Part shown: positions 55,343-64,000 of the stretch, piece by piece
Layout of the letters: every line of letters begins with the position of its first letter
Position numbering within the stretch: position 1 is the first letter of the stretch
IMG/VR virus record: IMGVR_UViG_3300002219_000599
Location: 101-64,100 of that record
Origin: a virus
Strand: one strand, 5' to 3'
Length of the DNA stretch: 64,000 bases
The notes under the pieces: generated by a model
The model's input: only the letters and a program-made list of their open reading frames with translations
Told to the model about the DNA's origin: nothing
Database searches by the model: none
Translations under genes and position numbers: made by a program

Positions 55343-57082
55343 ATGGCAAATGCAGAACAAATGTCATTAGATGAATATTTTGGAGTTTCCACCTTTCCAA
55401 TGAATAGTCCGATTCTTGAGGCGGTCGCCAAATTAGCAACAACTAAGGATCATGAAGCTCGTGGGGCTATTTATACACGTTTTGAAGTAGTAGAATTTAT
55501 CCTTGATTTAGTTGGATATATAGATGATAAAAAACTTTCTGATAAGAAAATTTTAGAACCCTCTTTTGGCGAAGGTGATTTTTTATTACCGATTGTTGAT
55601 AGACTAATATCTTCATGGAAGAAACACAAAGAACAGACATCGTCTATAGTTGAAGATCTCGCGGACTCAATGCGAGCTGTTGAATTGCACAAAGAAACTT
55701 TTCATAATACTAGAGATGCTGTGCTAAGAAAACTAATTGATTCAGGAGTTCATTCAAGTGAAGCGAAGCAATTAGTAGGGTCTTGGTTAATTCAAGGAGA
55801 TTTTTTATTGGAAAGTCAAACAGAGAAGTTTGATTATATAGTTGGTAATCCTCCATATTTGAGACAAGAAGCAATACCCGAAGCACTTCTCAAAGAATAT
55901 CGATTGAGATATAAAACCATGTTTGACAGGGCAGATATTTATATTGCGTTTATTGAAAGAGCTTTATCGTTGTTAAAGAATAAAGGTGACTTAGGGTTTA
56001 TTTGCTCCGATAGGTGGATGAAGAACCGCTATGGAGGACCGCTTCGTAGTTATATTGCTAAGAACTTTAATCTTAAAGTGTATGTTGATATGTTTGGGAC
56101 GGATGCTTTCCACACTGATGTATCAGCTTATCCTGCAATTACAATCATAAGCAGAGAAAAACAAGGCGCTACTAGAATAGCGCATAGGCCAAAAGTTGAT
56201 AAAAATGTTTTAGAATCTCTTTCTACCGACCTAACTGTAAAAAAACTTATAAAGTCAAATTTTGTTAAGGAGCTTTCAGGGATAGTAAATGGATCGGAGC
56301 CTTGGTTGTTAGAGTCTACAGATCAACTCAATTTGTTAAGAAAAATTGAATCAGAACATCCAATGCTTGAAGAAGTAGGCTGTAAAGTTGGCATTGGTGT
56401 AGCAACAGGTGCTGACAAAGTATTCATTCATGATTATGATAGCCTTGATGTTGAAGAAGATCGGAAATTAAAGTTAGTCACCACACAAGATATTCAGACC
56501 GGTGAAGTTAAGTGGTGTGGGCAGGGAGTAATATATGCATTTAATGACAATGGTGGTACAGTAGATTTAAATGCATATCCTAGATTGAAAAAGTATCTTG
56601 ATGACAACGGTGAAATCATTAGAGGCAGACATATAGCAAAGAAAAATCCAAACAATTGGTTTAGAACTATAGATCGTATATGGCCTGAATTATCTAATAA
56701 GCCCAAATTGCTTATACCGGATATAAAAGGCAAGGCTCATATAGTATATGAATCTGGAATGTACTACCCGCATCATAATTTGTATTATATAACTTCTGAT
56801 GTTTGGGATCTCAGAGCATTACAGGCAGTACTTTTATCAAATATTGCAAAGCTCTTTGTGGGTACGTACTCAACTAAAATGCGGGGAGGGTACCTACGTT
56901 TTCAAGCTCAGTATTTGAGAAGGATTAGGATTCCAAAATGGGAAAAAGTTAGTGCAGAACTACGTGAAGAATTGATAGTAGCTGCTGTAGAAAGAAATAT
57001 TGATAAATGTAATAAAGCGGTTTTTAAATTATATGGATTAAACCAAGAGGAAAGATCAGCTTTAGGAGGGAATGGTGAATAA
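55343..57082 (+). CDS. Type II N6-adenine methyltransferase (gamma class), XhoI/PaeR7I-like
   Basis: [33 protein letters not shown] and YPHHNLYY motifs; adjacent to the REase gene. Confidence 0.85.
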   Translation: MANAEQMSLDEYFGVSTFPMNSPILEAVAKLATTKDHEARGAIYTRFEVVEFILDLVGYIDDKKLSDKKILEPSFGEGDFLLPIVDRLISSWKKHKEQTSSIVEDLADSMRAVELHKETFHNTRDAVLRKLIDSGVHSSEAKQLVGSWLIQGDFLLESQTEKFDYIVGNPPYLRQEAIPEALLKEYRLRYKTMFDRADIYIAFIERALSLLKNKGDLGFICSDRWMKNRYGGPLRSYIAKNFNLKVYVDMFGTDAFHTDVSAYPAITIISREKQGATRIAHRPKVDKNVLESLSTDLTVKKLIKSNFVKELSGIVNGSEPWLLESTDQLNLLRKIESEHPMLEEVGCKVGIGVATGADKVFIHDYDSLDVEEDRKLKLVTTQDIQTGEVKWCGQGVIYAFNDNGGTVDLNAYPRLKKYLDDNGEIIRGRHIAKKNPNNWFRTIDRIWPELSNKPKLLIPDIKGKAHIVYESGMYYPHHNLYYITSDVWDLRALQAVLLSNIAKLFVGTYSTKMRGGYLRFQAQYLRRIRIPKWEKVSAELREELIVAAVERNIDKCNKAVFKLYGLNQEERSALGGNGE

Positions 57083-57823
57083 ATGGCAATTGATTTAGTG
57101 AATTATGAGGAAAAAGTTAAAGAAGCAGTTCAGGCATTCTGGGGAAACAGGGATGCTGCAAGGCAGAAACAAATTGAATCAGGTAATGTTGATCAAGGAG
57201 AACGTGCAGGAGTAACAGCAGGAAAGAACATGGATGGCTTCGTGGCTTTGATTATTGATATTATAAAAGCTAATGGACTTGAAGCCGCAGAAATTCATCA
57301 AAAGAGGGCCGTACTCTCACTTCCAGGATATTTTCGTCCGACTAAACTATGGGATCTTCTTGTTATGTATAAGGGTGAGTTAATCGCTGCAATAGAATTA
57401 AAGAGTCAAGTTGGACCATCATTTGGAAATAATTTTAACAATCGAACAGAAGAAGCAATAGGTACCGCACATGATTTTTGGACTGCTTACAGAGAAGGAG
57501 CCTTTGGCGACCAACCTAAGCCATTCGCAGGTTGGGTAATGTTAGTAGAAGATGCTCCTGGATCCAGATCGGAAGTCAGCTGTTCTTCAGCTCATTTTCC
57601 TGTTTTTGAAGAATTTAAAAAAGCTTCATATTTAAAACGGTATGATATTTTGTGTCAAAAATTAGCAAAGGAACAACTATATACAACAGCATCTGTGTTG
57701 GCTTCGCCTAGAACTGCTATTAACAGTGGTGATTATACACATATCTCAAACATGACTGATATTAAAACCTTTGTCACTTCTCTTGCTGGCCATGTTGCTG
57801 CAGCTGCAGCAAGGCTTGGCTAA
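57083..57823 (+). CDS. XhoI/PaeR7I-family type II restriction endonuclease (expected site CTCGAG)
   Basis: [29 protein letters not shown] and [23 protein letters not shown] motifs. Confidence 0.85.
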   Translation: MAIDLVNYEEKVKEAVQAFWGNRDAARQKQIESGNVDQGERAGVTAGKNMDGFVALIIDIIKANGLEAAEIHQKRAVLSLPGYFRPTKLWDLLVMYKGELIAAIELKSQVGPSFGNNFNNRTEEAIGTAHDFWTAYREGAFGDQPKPFAGWVMLVEDAPGSRSEVSCSSAHFPVFEEFKKASYLKRYDILCQKLAKEQLYTTASVLASPRTAINSGDYTHISNMTDIKTFVTSLAGHVAAAAARLG

Positions 57824-58292
57824 GATCAATTCATATATAAATTTAGCTCATCACAATATGGTGGGCTTTTTATTTTGCTTGGTAAAACGAACCTACCAAT
57901 AATGTCTATTGAATCGGGAAATTACCGAACTGAGACGGAATATTGGTGGGTTTTCTCTATTTTTGAGCGTAAAATAGCAAAATCGCTTTTATGGCCATTT
58001 TGAGCGAAACCGATCCGGGATGGAACTAGGGATCCTAAAACTAATAAAAAGACGTTACAGCGCAAACTGAAGCGATGCTTTTTCAGAGATTCTCTAAAAT
58101 TTTATAGTTTCTGAAAAGTTTTCCCTTCTTGTAAAGCGACTCAATTAAAATAAATATATAATAGAAGAAACTCGTTTTTTTATGGACGTTTCAGGAGCGT
58201 CTCAGAGTAATTGAAATGATCATCAGGGCAAAACTAAAATTAGAAACGCTCTGAGAGCGCATATAGAAATGTTTTTTGCAACAGTAAATTCC

Positions 58293-59069
58293 TCAAAGTT
58301 GCAAATATTTTTCCCCAGTCTTGGGTGGGGAAAAATGATCCTCACCCGTACGCATCAAGGAATCCCTTATACGATTGCTTGGGCCAGTAAACATTAATAG
58401 ATAGCTGTGATGAACCAATCGGTCGATTAGTGCAGCAGTCATCTGCTCATCGTAAAAGATGCCTACCCATCGACTAAATTCAAGATTGGTCGTTATTATG
58501 ATACTTCCATTCTCATATCGATCTGAAACGACCTGAAATAACAATTGAGCTGCTTCCTTATCAAGTGGCACATACCCCCATTCGTCACATATCAATAGAT
58601 CAAGATTTTTGAGTGAAGTCAGTAGTTTGTTGATCTTACCGCTTTTCTTCGATTCTGAGAGCAAATTGACAAGAGAAGCTGTTCTATAGAATCCTACGGT
58701 CAGCCCGCGCTTACAAGCCTCTATTCCAAGTGCAATCGAGAGATGCGTTTTGCCAGTACCCACATTTCCATACAAGATGAGATTTTTTGTTTCATCGATG
58801 AATTGGGTGTTTTTCAAATACTCTGTCGTAATTGAGGAAGGCACTTGAACCTCGTCATAGATGAAGTCGCTGTAGTGTTTCAATGTGTAGAATCCAGCGC
58901 TTTTGATCAATTTTTCACGTTTGGCCTTTTCACGACCTGCAATTTCCATCTTGAAAAGTTCAAGCAGATCTTCCTGGAATCGCTCATTCTTAATGAAGTG
59001 GCAGTTATCCACGATATTGCGACTGAGCTTCAACCTTTTGCAGCATTTGAGAAGTTCGGTTTCAATCAT
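58293..59069 (-). CDS. istB: IS21 helper AAA+ ATPase
   Basis: GNVGTGKTH, LLICDEWGY, IITTN and DRLVHH motifs. Confidence 0.92.
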   Translation of the reverse strand: MIETELLKCCKRLKLSRNIVDNCHFIKNERFQEDLLELFKMEIAGREKAKREKLIKSAGFYTLKHYSDFIYDEVQVPSSITTEYLKNTQFIDETKNLILYGNVGTGKTHLSIALGIEACKRGLTVGFYRTASLVNLLSESKKSGKINKLLTSLKNLDLLICDEWGYVPLDKEAAQLLFQVVSDRYENGSIIITTNLEFSRWVGIFYDEQMTAALIDRLVHHSYLLMFTGPSNRIRDSLMRTGEDHFSPPKTGEKYLQL

Positions 59070-60583
59070 CTGTCAAACCTCCTTACATCAAGCATCCCAT
59101 CATATTCAGAGGCTGCGAAGTTGAAGATCGGAAGCTTCGGCAGAGACATCGTGGCAAGATCCATTTTTTCTGGTGTAAGGGGTTGATGCAGATAAGAATG
59201 GAGCGTAACCAGGCTGTCGATATCTTGCACGCCACGCACGACGGCTTCGCTGACACTCTTGACGGCAACTTCAAAACCATCTTTTTCACTCAATTGTGCA
59301 ATAACCTTCAAGACGCCACCTTGTTCTTTCTTTGAGAGCGTATCGAGATATGTTTGGATAGGATCTGGGAGCATTCGATATATGCCGGAATACTTGAGCG
59401 CACCAGGCGCTCTTGATATGGCTGTGAGATACGGAATCCAGTTCATCTTTTCCTGCTTTGAACTGCCATACAAACGGCTGTGAATGGTGATAGGACGATG
59501 ACTTTCATCCATTGGAATGACATGGTTGGCGGTAATCTTCACAAGGATCCTGCTGCCAGCATGCTTAGGTGACGCAGAATAGGTGTGGTGCACTTGAAGC
59601 CGAAATTTCCCATATGCATCTACTTTGACCATTTCATAGCGGCTACAGTCAAATTCGACGGTCGGCAGCGGAAGAAGATGACTCTTGTCTTCTTCATGAA
59701 GGTCTGAAATGTTCTTCTCTAGCTTGTAGTGCGTGCGATCATGGTCTTTAACGGCTTTTTCCAACAACTCATGGTTATACTTTTTGAGAACTTCAAATTC
59801 CGGAACCGGAACAAGCATGTTCCGTCGGTGATAGCCAACTTTGTTTTCCACATTACCTTTTTCATTCCCAGATGAGGGATTGCAAAATGTGTAGGCAAAC
59901 CCATGATGCTGGGCGAAGCGAAGAAATGCTTCGGTAAAATTTCTCTCCCCATTCTTCATCACCTTGGAGACCATTGTCGAAGCATTGTCGAACCAAAGTC
60001 TGTTGGGAACCCCGCCTAGTGCATTGAAGATCGCTTTCATGCCTTCAAAAAGACATTCCTGATTTTCGCCTTTGAAAAGTTGAATGTATCCGGCGTTACT
60101 GCTTGGAAACGAGAGGTTCAAGTAATGGCCCTCAATTCGCTGTCCGTTTTCATAAAAGTCTGCTCCGCCGAAATCAACCTGGGCTTCGCCCGGCTTGTGT
60201 TCTAGCGGGATATAGCCTTCAACAGGTTTGTACATTTCTTTCTTTTTTTCTTTGACATAAGCCGCAACTGTTCGATATGAACAATTGAAATCATCATGAA
60301 GCTCTATGAGTCGATTATAAACTCGCTGAGCGGTATGACGCTGTTTTTTTCTGGCTTTTAAGTCGTTCTTCAGCCAGGCGTCTATCTCAAGCTTGTACGG
60401 ATCTAGCTTTGGCTGTGGTATCGAGCTCGTTTTTTCTGGAAGAATGTCGCTGAAGTCATCTTTACTGATGTACTTGCGGACTGTTTTTCGGTCAATTCCG
60501 AAATCCCGCGAGATTTCGCTGATATTGCGCCCTTTCATAAAAAACGCTTCTCTGATATCATTAATTTGGGTCATTGTTAGCAT
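59066..60583 (-). CDS. istA: IS21 DDE transposase
   Basis: HTH DRKTVRKY, PGEAQVDFG, WFDN, EKGNVE; RBS-preceded ATG at 60583. Confidence 0.92.
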   Translation of the reverse strand: MLTMTQINDIREAFFMKGRNISEISRDFGIDRKTVRKYISKDDFSDILPEKTSSIPQPKLDPYKLEIDAWLKNDLKARKKQRHTAQRVYNRLIELHDDFNCSYRTVAAYVKEKKKEMYKPVEGYIPLEHKPGEAQVDFGGADFYENGQRIEGHYLNLSFPSSNAGYIQLFKGENQECLFEGMKAIFNALGGVPNRLWFDNASTMVSKVMKNGERNFTEAFLRFAQHHGFAYTFCNPSSGNEKGNVENKVGYHRRNMLVPVPEFEVLKKYNHELLEKAVKDHDRTHYKLEKNISDLHEEDKSHLLPLPTVEFDCSRYEMVKVDAYGKFRLQVHHTYSASPKHAGSRILVKITANHVIPMDESHRPITIHSRLYGSSKQEKMNWIPYLTAISRAPGALKYSGIYRMLPDPIQTYLDTLSKKEQGGVLKVIAQLSEKDGFEVAVKSVSEAVVRGVQDIDSLVTLHSYLHQPLTPEKMDLATMSLPKLPIFNFAASEYDGMLDVRRFDR

Positions 60584-60902
60584 CCTCCATTCCCTCCCTA
60601 TTAGCGTTTGGTCACCTAAAAGGGTATCGGGATTTGATCTTGCTATCAATGGCCTTTTGCAATTATGGGGATTTCTTCTTTGCAAAAGTGGGGATTTTTA
60701 TTTGCAACTCTGTCCTTTTATATTATGCAAAAAACATAGAAATCAAGTTTTCAGCTCATCACAATGTGGTGGGCTTTATTTTTTTGTCCTTTTTTACATA
60801 AAGAGTAAGTTTTTAGACCTTTAAGCGGGACTATATAGCATAGTCGGAGCAGTAAAACGCGAAATGTAAATGTACTAATTGAGCCTGGGTTATCCTTCTC
60901 GT

Positions 60903-60940
60903 ATCATGGCGTTTAGAGTGATATATGTACATGACCAAAG
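60903..60940 (+). promoter_or_regulatory. Conserved promoter-like motif, copy 4
   Basis: ATCATGGCGTTTAGAGTGATATATGTACATGACCAAAG upstream of the second amidoligase gene. Confidence 0.6.
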
Positions 60941-60972
60941 AAACACACCTAAATGAGAAAGGGGAAAATACC

Positions 60973-61896
60973 ATGGCAAACAAGGATTTTTTAAAGAGCA
61001 ACTTCGGCATCGAGATTGAATTTACAGGAATCACAAGAAGAAAAGCAGCTAAGATTGTAGCAGAGCATTTAGGCGGTAGCCTCGAGGAGCTTCACGATTA
61101 CTACGGAACCTTTAGAATCACAGCCCCGGATGGACGAAAGTGGAAAGTGATGTATGACGGAAGCATAACCACTCAAAAGAAATCAGGCGGCCAGAAGGTT
61201 TCAGCCTCAAAAGAATACAGCGTCGAACTGGTCAGCCCAATCCTAACCTACGAAAAGGACATGGCAAACCTTCAGGAGATTGTGAGAAAACTCAGGAAGG
61301 CCGGAGCTTTTTCAGAACAGCAAAACTGCACAGGGATTCACATCCACCTGGATGGCAGGGACCACACACCAAGGTCCATCAGAAACTTCATGAACATTAT
61401 CTACTCAAGAAACGACCTTTTATACGATGCCCTTCAAATAGAGAGAAGAAGAATGCACTACTGCAAAAAGATGGACCAAAGCCTTGTTGAAAGGATGAAC
61501 AAGAAAAAGCCAACCACCATGAAGCAGATTGAAGACATCTGGTACCAAGACTACAGCGAGAGAAGAGAAAGACACTACCATGAAAGCCGATACCATTTTC
61601 TAAACCTTCACAGCCTTTTTAACGGATGCGGAACGGTTGAACTTAGAGGATTCAACGGAACCCTTCACGCAGGAAAGATTCGAAGCTACGTTGCCTTAAG
61701 TCTTGCGATGAACCATCAGGCTTTGACTCAAAAGAGTGCCAGCAGCAAGAAACCACAGATTGAAAACCCAAAGTTCTCCATGAGAACCTGGCTTAACCGA
61801 ATCGGCTTTATTGGAGACGATTTCAAGAACTGCAGAGAGCACCTTTGCAAGCATCTGGATGGCAGTGCAGCCTGGAGATTTCGTACAGCCGCATAG
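60973..61896 (+). CDS. Amidoligase_2 family protein (second copy)
   Basis: FGIEIE, YDGSI, ELVSPIL, TGIHIHL, RYHFLN and TVELRGFN motifs. Confidence 0.88.
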   Translation: MANKDFLKSNFGIEIEFTGITRRKAAKIVAEHLGGSLEELHDYYGTFRITAPDGRKWKVMYDGSITTQKKSGGQKVSASKEYSVELVSPILTYEKDMANLQEIVRKLRKAGAFSEQQNCTGIHIHLDGRDHTPRSIRNFMNIIYSRNDLLYDALQIERRRMHYCKKMDQSLVERMNKKKPTTMKQIEDIWYQDYSERRERHYHESRYHFLNLHSLFNGCGTVELRGFNGTLHAGKIRSYVALSLAMNHQALTQKSASSKKPQIENPKFSMRTWLNRIGFIGDDFKNCREHLCKHLDGSAAWRFRTAA

Positions 61897-62030
61897 ATAA
61901 AAAAAGGCGGCGCCTTCAAACCCACTGAGCGGGAGACCGCTCTTAAGGTGGTAGAAGGGTTCCCATCTTCAAACAAAAGCCCACACAGGCGAAGCTGAAG
62001 GGGATAAACCGCTCTTTAAGAAAGGATGAA

Positions 62031-62525
62031 GTGATGATGAAAGTGGAAAAAAGACTGGGCGTGGCCTATGGGTCCAATCTCAATCTCGGTCAAATGGCCA
62101 TGAGGTGCAAGGCGGCTAAGGTCTATGGAAAAGGGATGCTAAAAGGATACCGTCTACTATTTAAAGGTCAGATGGAAAACGCCTACTGCACCATTGAGAA
62201 AAAACGTGGTGGTAAAGTTCCGGTGGTTGTTTGGGAACTTGAACCGGAAGATGAAAAGGCACTGGACTTTTACGAAGGCTATCCGAGATTTTATGAAAAG
62301 GAAGATGTGAAAGTCACGTTGGAAGATGGATCGATTATTACAGCCATGGTGTACATTATGACCGATAAGATTCTTGATAGGATTCATCTCAACCTTCCAA
62401 GCAGAAGTTATCTTGAGACTGTGAAAGAAGGTTATAAGGCTGCCGGATTTGATGAAGCATTTATAGAAGATGCTCTGGCCATCAGTGAAAAAGCCATTAA
62501 GAAGTACCCGCCGAAATTTCTATAA
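62031..62525 (+). CDS. Gamma-glutamylcyclotransferase family protein (second copy)
   Basis: AYGSNL...QMAMRC...LDFYEGYP. Confidence 0.85.
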   Translation: MMMKVEKRLGVAYGSNLNLGQMAMRCKAAKVYGKGMLKGYRLLFKGQMENAYCTIEKKRGGKVPVVVWELEPEDEKALDFYEGYPRFYEKEDVKVTLEDGSIITAMVYIMTDKILDRIHLNLPSRSYLETVKEGYKAAGFDEAFIEDALAISEKAIKKYPPKFL

Positions 62526-62561
62526 GACTTAGAAAATATACATCCTTTCTCAACATAAGAC

Positions 62562-62604
62562 TTGCATTTATGTAGCTTTAGAGTGATATATGTTAGTACC
62601 AAAA
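62562..62604 (+). promoter_or_regulatory. Conserved promoter-like motif, copy 5
   Basis: TTGCATTTATGTAGCTTTAGAGTGATATATGTTAGTACCAAAA. Confidence 0.65.
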
Positions 62605-62632
62605 ACAAGCAAAATGCAAGGAGGTCAAAGAA

Positions 62633-62827
62633 ATGATGATTCAAAAGAAAGACAGGTTTGAAAGCAGGAGCGGTAAGGTCTATGAAATCGCTGGGAAATG
62701 GGATCGGGATTTTATCTTAGCTCCTATTGAAGATGCTGATGATGAATGCCTGATCTACACACCCGGTGAGATGGAGGAATTTCTGGAAACAGGGTACTTC
62801 AAAAGAGTGGGAGGGAGAAAGCGATGA
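62633..62827 (+). CDS. Small hypothetical protein
   Basis: Strong RBS AAGGAGG, downstream of motif copy 5, ATGA overlap with next gene. Confidence 0.65.
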   Translation: MMIQKKDRFESRSGKVYEIAGKWDRDFILAPIEDADDECLIYTPGEMEEFLETGYFKRVGGRKR

Positions 62828-63135
62828 AAGCCTTATTCGGTAGAAAAGTGTGTGACATAGTAGAACTTAAAGAACTCACCCACCAAGCCATCAAAGAGGG
62901 AAAGAAAGGTCAGCCATACACCATTACGAGAGAAGTGATTTTAAAGGATGCAGAGTTCAGAGATTTTGCCCAGGACTTTTTTAAAGATCAGCCTTGGATC
63001 TCCCATGAAGATGGTGGGATGGACCAAGAAGGTAAAATCAGATGCATCAGAGTCGTAAACATCGATACGGGAGAGAAGGTCCTGGTCAATACAGAAGGAT
63101 ATGATTATCCTCGTTACACTGGTCTTGAACTATAA
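62824..63135 (+). CDS. Conserved small phage protein (intact homolog of pseudogene 20411-20738)
   Basis: KALFGRK...DQPWI...VLVNTEGYDYPRYTGL. Confidence 0.75.
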   Translation: MKALFGRKVCDIVELKELTHQAIKEGKKGQPYTITREVILKDAEFRDFAQDFFKDQPWISHEDGGMDQEGKIRCIRVVNIDTGEKVLVNTEGYDYPRYTGLEL

Positions 63136-63165
63136 AAACTGAAAAAGCAAAAAGCAGGCTTAGCG

Positions 63166-64000
63166 CAATGTCATTAAGTTAAGCAATTAGAAAAGAGCTG
63201 TATATCAGTTACTGATATAGGGCTTTTTTCTTTGTAATAAATTCCATGGAACACTTGACAAATCACTCAAAAAATGTGGCGAAGCCCCTTGAATATAACT
63301 TATTTCAAGGAGGAGATCGCATGGAAAATCATTTTGTTTTAGCTGCTAGACAAACCCTTTTTCAAACTGTTTCTGATCTTAGTAAAACCCCATCATTGTT
63401 TGTGAAACGTCCTGGAAAAGACTTTTCAAGAAAGCGAAAACTGGACTTTGAAACCTTCATGAAGTTCTCGCTGGGAATGTCTGGCAAATCAATGAATAAG
63501 GAGATTCTGGACTTCTTTAACTTCTCAACTGACAGCCCAAGTAACGCTGCATACAACCAACAGCGTTCAAAAGTATTGCCAGAAGCCTTTGAATATCTGT
63601 TTCATGAATTTACTTCTAAGCTTCATGCAAATCGACATTTCCATGGCTATCGGCTAATTGCCTGTGATGGAAGCAATCTATCGATAGCTTCAAATCCCTT
63701 TGATTCTGAAACACGTGCAAAATCCAATCAATACAATTCAGAAGTTAACAGACTTCACCTTAATGCTTTTTACGATCTTATGAATCGCATATATGTGGAT
63801 GCATTGATACAAAATTGGGCGGATTGCAATGAATTCCTTGCATGTGCGCAAATGATTGATCGTTCTTCATTAAAGGGCAAAGTATTGCTGATTGCAGACC
63901 GGGGATATGAAAACTATAATATTTTTGCTCATGCAGATGAAAAGAACTGGAAATACCTTATTAGAGTCAAAGACATCAACAGCAATGGTATTGCATCTGG
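63166..64000 (+). mobile_element. IS4-family element, partial (runs off window)
   Basis: Probable left end CAATGTCATTAAGTTAAG at 63166; transposase ORF from 63321. Confidence 0.65.
63321..64000 (+). CDS. IS4-family transposase (3' truncated by window edge)
   Basis: Manual translation MENHF...PGKDFSRKRKL...YNQQRSK...GYRLIACDGS...IADRGYE; RBS AAGGAGG. Confidence 0.8.
   Translation, partial: MENHFVLAARQTLFQTVSDLSKTPSLFVKRPGKDFSRKRKLDFETFMKFSLGMSGKSMNKEILDFFNFSTDSPSNAAYNQQRSKVLPEAFEYLFHEFTSKLHANRHFHGYRLIACDGSNLSIASNPFDSETRAKSNQYNSEVNRLHLNAFYDLMNRIYVDALIQNWADCNEFLACAQMIDRSSLKGKVLLIADRGYENYNIFAHADEKNWKYLIRVKDINSNGIAS

Larger units (their letters stand above)
58270..60736 (-). mobile_element. IS21-family insertion sequence, complete (2467 bp)
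   Basis: Terminal inverted repeats TGTTTTTTGCA-N13-CARAGTTGCAAATA; 6-bp direct repeats TAGAAA at 58264-58269 and 60737-60742; istA and istB inside. Confidence 0.9.

Noticed and set aside
58290..60716. Alternative IS21 ends (CA...TG) with a TCCT target duplication
   Set aside because: Longer canonical TG...CA inverted repeats extend to 58270 and 60736 with a 6-bp TAGAAA duplication

Overview
Positions 1 to about 50,120 are most of a Firmicutes (clostridial-type) temperate siphovirus prophage, all on the + strand; its left end lies upstream of the window. Gene order: ImmA/IrrE-type regulator; replication module (DUF2800, DUF2815, PolA, BRO/KilAC antirepressor, VirE primase-helicase, VRR-NUC, SNF2); late-activator candidate; metK plus two DNA methyltransferases; amidoligase/gamma-glutamylcyclotransferase (GGCT) module; HK97-type head genes; long-tail genes; holin and amidase; four tandem large serine recombinases (LSRs); and a SEC-C/Cys-His-Asp gene paired with AbiH. 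The major capsid gene is split by an apparently intact Ll.LtrB-like group IIA intron whose EBS1 and delta sites match this insertion point. At about 50,120 the sequence switches abruptly into the middle of another LSR gene, suggesting the prophage integrated into the recombinase gene of an older, related element. That element continues with a double-LSR fusion, an XhoI/PaeR7I-like R-M cassette, a complete IS21, a second amidoligase/GGCT module and a partial IS4-family element. Less obvious signals are an overprinted alternative-frame ORF in the C5-methyltransferase gene, an SD-occluding pseudoknot before metK, a five-copy promoter-like motif shared by both elements, and a covarying hairpin between amidoligase and GGCT in both copies. 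All calls come from motif recognition and manual reading; no searches were run.
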